From positions 4,416,001 to 4,480,000 of the forward strand of contig CBDETY010000003.1 in NCBI GenBank assembly GCA_965243025.1: a DNA stretch of 64,000 bases, read 5' to 3'. Each line of letters starts with the position of its first letter. Position 1 is the stretch's first letter. Source of the DNA: Candidatus Latescibacterota bacterium. Its GTDB lineage: Bacteria; Latescibacterota; UBA2968; UBA8231. Below, piece after piece: positions 56,080 to 64,000 of the stretch. Under the pieces are notes generated by a model that worked only from the letters and a program-made list of their open reading frames with translations, was not told the origin of the DNA and did not search any database. The translations under genes and the position numbers were made by a program.

Positions 56080-58160
56080 ACCGGCTCCGCCCCGGCGGCA
56101 TCCCTGGCGGAGCGGGGTGCCCGCGCGATCCAGGATTCGGCCAGCAGCAGCAGCAGCGCGGCGAACAGAAACTCCCGCCACAGCTCGCGGCCGTAACGCC
56201 GGACCAGCACCTGCTCGCGCAGGTCGGCATCCGCCGCCAGCGGTACCACCCGTCCCGGGCCGAAGACGCGCTCGAGCTGGCGCGGGGAAACCTCCTCCAG
56301 GTCGGATTCCCCGGTGTCGACGTTGACGGCGAAGCGGTCGATGACGGCGCCCCCTTCTTCGAGACGCCACACCCCCGCCTCCCCGGGACGCCCGGTCCAG
56401 AAAGTCCCCTCGGAGTTCGCTTCCGCAGACTGGTAGTAACGGCGGCCGCTCGGAGTCCGGACCTCGATGCGGTGGCCGGGACCCGTTCCGGGAAGCCGGC
56501 GGCGAACCGTCTCCCCCACCAGGTAGCCGGGGGCCCCTTGCGAGGGAGTGCCAAGCAGCCTGCAGAGACGCTGAAGCAACGGCGCGAACAGCGCGCTCGA
56601 CGGCAGCTCGCTCCACTCGAGCGACAGCGGGACCGCGAACAGGACGACTCGCCCGGTCCTGCCCCGGGCCATGAGAGCGGCCGGAGAGCCATCTCCGAAT
56701 GAGAGCAGCGGCGACGCCCCGGGGTTGGCAATCAGGGAAAAGACGGAGAAGAACCGCGGCCCGGCCGCGGCCTCGGTCAGGCCTCGGAGCAGGACCTCGT
56801 CCGAGGCCTCGGGATCGATGCGAAGGAAAGAAGCCCGTCTCCGTCCCTGTTGGGACTCCGGGCGCCCGACGGCGCTCCTGATCGAGGCCGGGATCAGGTT
56901 GGAAAGAAGGTGGCGGTTGAGGTAGCTGATGTCGGCGTCCGCCCCGGGAAACAGAACGACTCCCCCTCCCCGCGCCGCGAAATCGCGGACGGCGCCGATC
57001 TGTCCGCCGCCTATCCGGGAGACGTTGCACAGGATAAGCACCTCCGCCTCGTCGAGGGCCCCGGGGCCGAGGGAGCTCAGGGAAATGCTGTCGAGCTCCA
57101 GACTCGGATCGCCAACGGCAGCGGCGGCCAGCGCCTGCCGGGCGAAGTAGAGATCCCCGGGGCCGCCCGCCATCACCACGCGGACATGCCGGGGAATGAA
57201 AGCGGTGAAGTAGCGCCTGTCGTCGACAGTCAGGGCATCCTCTTCGATCTCCACGTACCCGCTCAGGAATCCGCCGCGGCGGGGAGTGGTTGCGAACTCC
57301 AGTTCGGCACGCCCCCCGGGTTGAAGCTCGACCGCGCGCCGTTGCACCCTCTCCCCGTCGATGAACAGATCTACGCTGAATTGCTCCCGAATGCTTTCCG
57401 AAGCGTTGACCACTTCGGCGCGGATCCGCCATCTGCCTCCCGGAGCGGCCAGCCAGCTGCCGGCTTCCACGGTGGAGACAAAGCGATTGCCGCGGCCGGA
57501 AAGTTCGAGATCCGTGGTGTATACCGCGGTCCGGGACCACTCCGGGGAGCGTCTCGCGGCGACCTCCAGCCAGCCGGGGGCCGCGAAATCGGAAAAGATG
57601 AAAAGCTCCCGCTGCATCCCCCTGTCCTCGAAGTGATGCTCGGCAGCGCGCAGGGCCTCCTCGACATGGGTCCCTTCCTGGCGCACGGCGAGCTCTCTCA
57701 GCGCCTGCGGCAGCTCCCCGTCGACCGGGACGGCATCGGAGGCAAAGGGGATGACGCGGACCTCGTCCCCGGGGGAAAACAGCTCCAGCAGGCCGATCGC
57801 CCGGGAGCGCAGACGCTCGAAGACGCGCACCGACCCGGGCCGAAAGCCAGTGCTGTACGAGGCGTCGAGAAGGATCGCGGCTGCCACCGGAGCCGGGCTG
57901 CCGAACCATCCGCCCTCTCCGCCGCGCAAGGCAGGACGTGCGAAGGCGAGGACGAGAGCGGCGACAGCGAGGGTGCGCAGCAGCAGAACCAGCCACTGAC
58001 GCAGGCGGATGCTGCGCATGCGGCTCTGGTGCAGGCGGCGCAGGAAACGGAGGTTGCTGAATGGAAGGGGCTCGGAACTGCCCCGATGCAGCAGGTGAAC
58101 GGCCAGCGGAACCGCGGCCGCCGCCAGGGCTATCAGCGCCGCGGGGTTGAGGAAATGCAC
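56046..58160 (-). CDS. BatA/vWA domain membrane protein
   Basis: Motifs FLNP...AVPLAVHL, FSNLRFL, LLLRTLA..LAFARP, ILLDASYS, IFSDF; C-terminal ELWR plus TM. Confidence 0.85.
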   Translation of the reverse strand: MHFLNPAALIALAAAAVPLAVHLLHRGSSEPLPFSNLRFLRRLHQSRMRSIRLRQWLVLLLRTLAVAALVLAFARPALRGGEGGWFGSPAPVAAAILLDASYSTGFRPGSVRVFERLRSRAIGLLELFSPGDEVRVIPFASDAVPVDGELPQALRELAVRQEGTHVEEALRAAEHHFEDRGMQRELFIFSDFAAPGWLEVAARRSPEWSRTAVYTTDLELSGRGNRFVSTVEAGSWLAAPGGRWRIRAEVVNASESIREQFSVDLFIDGERVQRRAVELQPGGRAELEFATTPRRGGFLSGYVEIEEDALTVDDRRYFTAFIPRHVRVVMAGGPGDLYFARQALAAAAVGDPSLELDSISLSSLGPGALDEAEVLILCNVSRIGGGQIGAVRDFAARGGGVVLFPGADADISYLNRHLLSNLIPASIRSAVGRPESQQGRRRASFLRIDPEASDEVLLRGLTEAAAGPRFFSVFSLIANPGASPLLSFGDGSPAALMARGRTGRVVLFAVPLSLEWSELPSSALFAPLLQRLCRLLGTPSQGAPGYLVGETVRRRLPGTGPGHRIEVRTPSGRRYYQSAEANSEGTFWTGRPGEAGVWRLEEGGAVIDRFAVNVDTGESDLEEVSPRQLERVFGPGRVVPLAADADLREQVLVRRYGRELWREFLFAALLLLLAESWIARAPRSARDAAGAEPVQPSSRSASKV

Positions 58161-58250
58161 GGCACCCGGCCGGCCAGGGGCCCGGTATTGAAGGAAGCTG
58201 GGAAGGGAGGGGGCCGGGAGCCGCGGAGGGGTGCGGTCACCCGGGCGGAG

Positions 58251-58724
58251 CTATCCGGAAGCAGGGTACTGCTTCTCTTCCTCCGCAATCGCCTCGAGCA
58301 CCTCTTCCGGTGCCGAAGCCTCGATCAGACTCTTCTTGAACTCGTCGTTTTTCAGCAGCCGGGAGATGCGCGCCAGCGCCTTGATGTGCGGACCGGAGAC
58401 GTTGGCGGGTGATACCAGCAGGAAGAAAACGAACGCCGGTTCCCCGTCGAGGGCCTCGAAATCGACGCCGTGGCGGTGGGTTCCCAGGGCGGCGACGAGC
58501 CGTTGAACGGCATCTGACTTTCCGTGGGGGATGGCGATGCCGTCGCCTATCCCCGTACTCATTATCTTTTCGCGCTCGACTACCGCCTGCAGCACCTTGT
58601 CGCGATCGGAGATCGCGTTGCTCGCATCGAGGCAATCGACCAGTTCCTCGATGATTTCCTCTTTGCTGTTGCCCTCGAGACCGACGATGGTGGTCTCGGA
58701 AGACAGGATTTCCAGCAAGGTCAT
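58251..58724 (-). CDS. PTS IIA (PtsN/fructose-type) component
   Basis: Motifs EREKIMSTGIGDGIAIPHGK, GVDFEALDG, HIKALARISR. Confidence 0.9.
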   Translation of the reverse strand: MTLLEILSSETTIVGLEGNSKEEIIEELVDCLDASNAISDRDKVLQAVVEREKIMSTGIGDGIAIPHGKSDAVQRLVAALGTHRHGVDFEALDGEPAFVFFLLVSPANVSGPHIKALARISRLLKNDEFKKSLIEASAPEEVLEAIAEEEKQYPASG

Positions 58725-58884
58725 TTTCCGACTCGACTCCTGAAAAACGAAGTCCCCAATATAACCCAATCACCGGCGGGTGGCCATCGGCATTCCGCGT
58801 CGATTTTATTGAAGCCCGACAGTCTCAGGCGCTTATTTTCCTTACCCAGTTTCGCGCAGGTCCGCCTTCGAGAGCGAGCCCTTC

Positions 58885-60270
58885 ATGAGCGATCGGCAGG
58901 AGAGAGTTTCGGGCCCGAGAACCGCTCTTTTCGTCGCCTACCACTACCCGCCGATCAGATCGGGGGGAGTCGAACGCACCCTCAAGTTCACCCGATACCT
59001 GCGGGAGTTCGGGTACCGGCCGGTTGTGTTGACCACGACTGCTTTCGGCCGCCCCCCGGAGGAAGACGGTGCGCTGCGAGCCTGGGAACCGCTCCAGACC
59101 TACCGGTTTCTATTCAACCGCGGCTCCGGGGGCCAACCACCGCCCCCGACGGCGAGGACCCGATCCCCCCTGGCAGGCCCCATCAGGCTGCTTGGGCGCC
59201 GGCTTCTGGTTCCCGACGGCCAGATAACCTGGGCCCCGGCCGCCGCCCTCAAGGCGCTCCGCTATCTGCGCCGGCACCCGGTCGACCTGATCTGCACGAC
59301 CTCGCCGCCAGCGAGCGCCCACCTGGTCGGTCTGTTTCTTCAACGCCGGACCGGGCTGCCCTGGGTAGCCGATTTCCGGGACAGCTGGATATACGATCCC
59401 CTCGACCCGGGACTTGAAGAATGGCGGTTCCGCCGCGAGATCGAACGCCGTCTCGAGGAACGGGTCGTCAGCGCCGCCGACGCGGTGATCGCAACCACCG
59501 AGATCAGCGCCGGGTATTTCGGCACGGCGTATCCGGAGAGTGAGAAGAAGATCGAGGTGATCACCAACGGTTTCGATCCCCGGGACACGGAAGCGGACAA
59601 GGCCTGTCCGGAAGGGCCGCCGCCGGGGAGCGCCGGGGGCGCCGACGGCCCCCCGGATCCGCGGCCGGGGACGCCCGACGAAAGGGGGCCCGACCCGATG
59701 CGCCTTCTCCACACGGGCAGTTTTTCAGCGAGCCATCCCCAGCGGTCGCCGCGGACGCTGTTCGCCGCCCTGGAGTCGCTGCTGCAGGAAGACCCTGGAT
59801 GGCGCGGGCGCATCCGGCTCGAGCTGGCCGGCAGCCTGAACGCCTCGGAGCAGGAAGCCGCGGCGCCGCTGCTGCGCAGCGGAATGGCGGCGATTCACGG
59901 CGAGGTGGACCGGAAGTCGGCCCTCGACCTTCAGCGCCGGGCCGACGTCCTCCTGCTCGTCGATCACGCGCGACCGTGGCCGTCATCGAACGTTCCCGGC
60001 AAGTTCTTCGAGTACGCGGCGACGGGACGCCCCATTCTCGCCCTGTGCGGGGAGGGGATGGTAGCGCGCATGATGGCCAGACTCCAGGCCGGTGTCTGCG
60101 TTCCCCCCGACGACGAAATGGAAATCCGCAGCGCGCTGGTGCGGCTCTACCGGGAGTGCAGCGAGGGTGGAGTGCGCGGCGCCGACCCCGAGTCCCTCCG
60201 GCCTTTTGACAGACGCGAGCTGACGCGACAGCTCGCCGCCTGTTTCGACCGCGTCGTCCGCGTCCGTTGA
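58885..60270 (+). CDS. GT4-family glycosyltransferase
   Basis: Motifs YHYPP...GGVER, TSPP.SAH, WVADFRDSW, ITNGFD, PGKFFEY. Confidence 0.88.
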   Translation: MSDRQERVSGPRTALFVAYHYPPIRSGGVERTLKFTRYLREFGYRPVVLTTTAFGRPPEEDGALRAWEPLQTYRFLFNRGSGGQPPPPTARTRSPLAGPIRLLGRRLLVPDGQITWAPAAALKALRYLRRHPVDLICTTSPPASAHLVGLFLQRRTGLPWVADFRDSWIYDPLDPGLEEWRFRREIERRLEERVVSAADAVIATTEISAGYFGTAYPESEKKIEVITNGFDPRDTEADKACPEGPPPGSAGGADGPPDPRPGTPDERGPDPMRLLHTGSFSASHPQRSPRTLFAALESLLQEDPGWRGRIRLELAGSLNASEQEAAAPLLRSGMAAIHGEVDRKSALDLQRRADVLLLVDHARPWPSSNVPGKFFEYAATGRPILALCGEGMVARMMARLQAGVCVPPDDEMEIRSALVRLYRECSEGGVRGADPESLRPFDRRELTRQLAACFDRVVRVR

Positions 60271-60289
60271 GCGCCCCGGAAAGCCTTCG

Positions 60290-61576
60290 GTGTCTGAAAA
60301 AAACAACCGCTCCCTGACCCCTCGCGGTTGGGGAATCGCGCTGTTTGCCCTGGCCGCGGCCATGCGGTTGGGATACGCCTCCCTGGGGGTCGAAGTTCCC
60401 CCGCAGGACACCCCCGACTACGACGAGATCGCCGCCAACCTGCTGGCCGGGGAAGGCTTCGTCGCTCGCGAAAACTGGTTCGGCTACGACATGAGATCGT
60501 GGAGGGCCCCGCTGTACCCCGGCTTCCTGGCGGCGGTTTACGGACTGTTCGGGTCGTCCCACGTCCCCGTCAAGATCGCTCAGTCCCTGCTCGGGGCGGC
60601 CACCGCGGTATTGGTGTACGGGATCGCCAGGACGATCCGGCCGCAGGCGGCGCTCCTTGCGGGAGTGGCGGCTTCTCTCTACCTGCCGCTGGTGGCGGGC
60701 GCCAGCGAGGTCATGACGGAGACACTGTTCACGTTCCTGCTTGTTTTGGCCCTCTACCTGTCGATCTCCACCCGTCCAACCCCCCGGGACGGCGGCCCCC
60801 GGCTGATGACTGTCGGCGTCGCCGTCGGCCTGGCGGCCCTGACCAGACCGGTGGGCCTTCTGCTCTGGCCGGTGGAAATGCTGCACTCGCAGCTGGCCGG
60901 CACGGGCCGCTGGCGCAGGTGCCTGTGGATTTCCCTCGGCGTAGTCGCCACCGTGGCTCCCTGGACGGCGCGCAACTTCCAGGTGCACTCCGCCTTCGTG
61001 CCGATATCGACGCACGGCGGCTTCGTGTTCGCCCGCAGCAACGGACCGAGTCCTGACTGGAGGCAGGCGGACGGCTGGGGGATCGAGAAGCGCACCTTCG
61101 AGCGCATTCCGGGCGAGGTCGAGCGCGACCGCTACTGGCTCGCACAGGGAATGCAGCGCGTTTCCGGGGACCCGGCCCTCTACTTGCGCTGGGTGGGTGA
61201 GCGCTTCCTGCGGTTCTGGTACTTTTTCCAGCCCGGTTACAATTTCTCCTACATGGTGGTCCTGCCGCTTTTCGCCGCTGGTTTTCTCCTGTTCTGGAGA
61301 CGCCACGGGTTCGATCTGCCGGCCGCGGTCATCGCCGCCTTCGTCTTCATCTTCTCGACTCTCCTGTACGGCTCGGCGCGTTTCCGCCTGCCCCTGGAGC
61401 CGTTGTTCATCCTGTTCGCCGCCGCCTTTAGCCAGTACGCATGGCACCGCTGGGGAGCCGGGCGCACCTCGGCCCTTGTGGGAGGACTGATTGCCGCCAA
61501 CGGTCTCGTCTGGCTGTACGAAGAACGGGCCCGCGCGGCGCTGCTCGCTCTCCTGGAAGCCGGAGGGCTCAAGTGA
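60290..61576 (+). CDS. GT-C (PMT/ArnT-like) membrane glycosyltransferase
   Basis: Motifs DTPDYDEIAANLL.G.G, RAPLYP.FLA, MTETLF, LTRP, PWTARN, RFRLP. Confidence 0.85.
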   Translation: MSEKNNRSLTPRGWGIALFALAAAMRLGYASLGVEVPPQDTPDYDEIAANLLAGEGFVARENWFGYDMRSWRAPLYPGFLAAVYGLFGSSHVPVKIAQSLLGAATAVLVYGIARTIRPQAALLAGVAASLYLPLVAGASEVMTETLFTFLLVLALYLSISTRPTPRDGGPRLMTVGVAVGLAALTRPVGLLLWPVEMLHSQLAGTGRWRRCLWISLGVVATVAPWTARNFQVHSAFVPISTHGGFVFARSNGPSPDWRQADGWGIEKRTFERIPGEVERDRYWLAQGMQRVSGDPALYLRWVGERFLRFWYFFQPGYNFSYMVVLPLFAAGFLLFWRRHGFDLPAAVIAAFVFIFSTLLYGSARFRLPLEPLFILFAAAFSQYAWHRWGAGRTSALVGGLIAANGLVWLYEERARAALLALLEAGGLK

Positions 61577-62559
61577 CAGGCGCGGGGGAAGTTTCCCTGT
61601 CCATCTGCATCGTCAGCTGGAACACCCGCGACCTTCTCGAAGCCTGCCTGCGTTCCGTGTACGCCGACCCCGACAGCGCCGGCTGGCAGGTGCTGGTGGT
61701 CGACAACGCCTCGAGCGACGGCAGCGCCGACATGGTCGCCGACCGGTTTCCCCGGGCCGAGCTGATCCGCAGCCGGCGGAATCTCGGCTTCAGCCGCGGC
61801 AACAACCTCGCCCTCGCACGCGCCACCGGCCGCTGCCTCCTGTTGCTCAACTCCGACACCGCGGTCGACCCCGGCGCCCTCGGCCGACTGGTCGATTACC
61901 TGGACTCCGATCCGGATGCAGGGGCCGTCGGTCCCCGGCTCGTCTACCCCGACGGATCGCTGCAATTTTCGTGCGGAAGGCCTCCCGGCCTGCACTCCGA
62001 AATCGTGCATAAGCTGTTATTGCACAGAATCTTCCCCTTTTTTAGATTGGGCCGCTGGCACCATGGTGAGCGGCGCTGCGTCGGATGGGTAACAGGGGCC
62101 TGCCTGATGGTTCGCAGAGAGGCTGCCGCGGAAACCGGATTTCTCGATCCCAACATTTTCATGTGCTTCGAGGATCTCGACTGGTGCATGCGTCTCCGCA
62201 ATAAAGGCTGGTCCGTGGTTTACCTGCCGTCGAGCCGAGTCGTCCATCACGACGGCCAGAGCATCCGCAAAAACCTCGGCGAGATGCTGGTCGTCAGTCA
62301 GCAAAGCCTCTTCTACCTGTTCGAGAAACATTTCGGAAAGGGCCGCCTGCACGCGTTGAGGCTGCTCACGGTTATCGAGATGCTGTTGCGATCCGCCTTG
62401 TGGATCGTTCCCGCCCTGCTGCCTCCTGGCGGCAACGAGGCCGGGGAGCGCCTTCGGGCGTACTGGAGAATCCTGCGGCGCACGGTGACGGACCGATCCT
62501 ACTGGACACCGCTGTCAGGGGGGACGGACCCGCACAGACCGGAAAGGACCGTCAGATGA
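61573..62559 (+). CDS. GT2 family glycosyltransferase
   Basis: Motifs IVSWNT, VVDNASSDGS, NLGFSRGNN, LLNSD, GACLMVR, EDLDWC. Confidence 0.9.
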   Translation: MTGAGEVSLSICIVSWNTRDLLEACLRSVYADPDSAGWQVLVVDNASSDGSADMVADRFPRAELIRSRRNLGFSRGNNLALARATGRCLLLLNSDTAVDPGALGRLVDYLDSDPDAGAVGPRLVYPDGSLQFSCGRPPGLHSEIVHKLLLHRIFPFFRLGRWHHGERRCVGWVTGACLMVRREAAAETGFLDPNIFMCFEDLDWCMRLRNKGWSVVYLPSSRVVHHDGQSIRKNLGEMLVVSQQSLFYLFEKHFGKGRLHALRLLTVIEMLLRSALWIVPALLPPGGNEAGERLRAYWRILRRTVTDRSYWTPLSGGTDPHRPERTVR

Positions 62560-63719
62560 CCGAATCGCAGGCTTCGAAGGCTGCGTCCGAGCAACGGCTG
62601 CGGTTGTTCAAGCCGGCATTCAGTGAGGAGGAATGCCGCGCCGTAACCGAGGTGCTCGCCGGGGGCTGGATCGGACGCGGTCCCAGGACCCTCGCCTTCG
62701 AGGAGCGGTTTGCCGGCTACCTCGGCGTCCGCCACGCAGTATCCCTCAATTCCGCCACCGCCGCCCTGCACCTGGCCATGATCGCGGCGGAGGTCGACGG
62801 CCAGGAGGTGTTGACCAGCTCGATGACCTTCGTCTCGGCGACCCAGGCGATCGTCCACGCCGGAGGGCGGCCGGTCTTCTGCGACATCGATCCCGACACC
62901 CTCAACGTCACCGCCGACGAGCTGCGCAAGAAGATCACACCGACCACGCGGGCGATCATGGTCGTCCACTACGGAGGACACGCCTGCGACATGGACCCGA
63001 TCCTCGCGCTTGCCGGCGAGCACGGCCTCACCGTCGTCGAGGACACCGCCCACGGGTGCGGAGGCCGCTACAAGGGGCGCATGCTCGGGGCTCTCGGAGA
63101 CATCGGCTGTTTCAGTTTTCAGGCCACGAAGAACCTTACCACGGGCGACGGCGGCATGCTCGTGACCGACGACGCCGCGATTGCCGACCGGGTCCGCAAG
63201 CTGCGCTGGGCGGGTATCTCCAAGCCAACCTGGGAACGCTTCCGGTCGGGAGAACCGCATCGCTCCTGGATCTACGAAGTCGAGGAGATCGGGTACAAGT
63301 ACGAGATGAACGATCTCGCCGCGGCTATAGGACTGGTGCAGCTCGACAAGCTCGAAGCCCTGAACGAGCGTCGCCGGAACCTCCTGCAACGGTACCGCGA
63401 AGAGTTCGCCGACGTCGATGGAATCGAAGTGCTGCCCAACCGGGATTACGCCCTCAGCGCCTGCTACAATGCCGTCATCAAGGTGGATGAGCGCGACGGA
63501 CTCTACCGTTACCTCGACGAACGGGGCATCGACTCCAACGTCCATTTCTACCCGAACCACCTGATGGGCATTTTCAAACCCTACACCACGCGGCTCCCGG
63601 TGACCGAAAGGGAGTGGGAACGCATCCTGGTGCTGCCCCTGCATCCAGAGCTGAGCGAAGAACAGCAGGACCGCGTGATCGCCGCGGTGCGCAGCTTCGC
63701 CTCCGAGCGCCGCAGGTAA
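62556..63719 (+). CDS. DegT/DnrJ/EryC1/StrS PLP-dependent sugar aminotransferase
   Basis: Motifs NSATAALH, VHYGG, EDTAH, FSFQATKNLTTGDGGM, GYKY.MNDL.AAIG, LPLHP. Confidence 0.93.
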   Translation: MTESQASKAASEQRLRLFKPAFSEEECRAVTEVLAGGWIGRGPRTLAFEERFAGYLGVRHAVSLNSATAALHLAMIAAEVDGQEVLTSSMTFVSATQAIVHAGGRPVFCDIDPDTLNVTADELRKKITPTTRAIMVVHYGGHACDMDPILALAGEHGLTVVEDTAHGCGGRYKGRMLGALGDIGCFSFQATKNLTTGDGGMLVTDDAAIADRVRKLRWAGISKPTWERFRSGEPHRSWIYEVEEIGYKYEMNDLAAAIGLVQLDKLEALNERRRNLLQRYREEFADVDGIEVLPNRDYALSACYNAVIKVDERDGLYRYLDERGIDSNVHFYPNHLMGIFKPYTTRLPVTEREWERILVLPLHPELSEEQQDRVIAAVRSFASERRR

Positions 63720-63934
63720 CCCCGGCGGGGGCCTGTTTTGTCTCCTCGTCTACCCGGACGGAACAGCGGCAGCCTGCAGCTTTTCCTGGACATCCCGAGG
63801 CATGAAATACCGGAGTCCCCTGAAAAGCTGCGGCAAGACGCCACCTCTCCCCCCGACCCCGCATTCTCCGTGTATTCGACGCCGACAAAGGACCCTGTCG
63901 GGAATTCCGGTCCCCAAGCCGGCCCCACCACCGG

Positions 63935-64000
63935 GTGACCGTGCTGAACGCCTTCACCGTCGATCTCGAGGATTGGTACCAGGGGCTGGAGATCGACTGT
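63935..64000 (+). CDS. Polysaccharide deacetylase family protein, N-terminal fragment (runs off the right edge)
   Basis: VTVLNAFTVDLEDWYQGLEIDC matches the typical N.(F/L)TVD.EDW start. Confidence 0.72.
   Translation, partial: MTVLNAFTVDLEDWYQGLEIDC

Overview
High-GC bacterial chromosomal segment with about 55 CDSs. No rRNA, tRNA, CRISPR array or transposase is seen. Secreted proteins with FlgD-Ig/'YPNPF' tails and an 'SSWGRLK' C-terminus suggest an FCB-group organism such as Latescibacterota or Gemmatimonadota (inference). Left to right: (1) a more AT-rich DUF5131 three-Cys gene that runs in frame into a TcmP-like N-terminus off the left edge and is missed by the ORF track; (2) peptidases, glutaminyl cyclase, moaB and cstA, with a 96-bp repeat array that re-copies the cstA 3' end; (3) two secreted metalloproteases; (4) an MrfA-like helicase fused to an exonuclease; (5) a sugar/sugar-acid catabolic block (UxuA-like protein, two tandem 398-aa unknowns, gluconolactonase, atypical GH32, sulfatase); (6) a glycosylation cluster and an ABC pair; (7) an aromatic amino-acid supra-operon (trpEGDC-trpS-chorismate mutase-tyrA-aroA-like-small ORF-aroE-argS-aroK-aroB-rimO) with a complete Trp leader-peptide attenuator, a MITE in the trpS stop codon and a catalytically degenerate AroA; (8) a second glycosylation cluster. 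All calls come from reading motifs by eye; no database searches were run.
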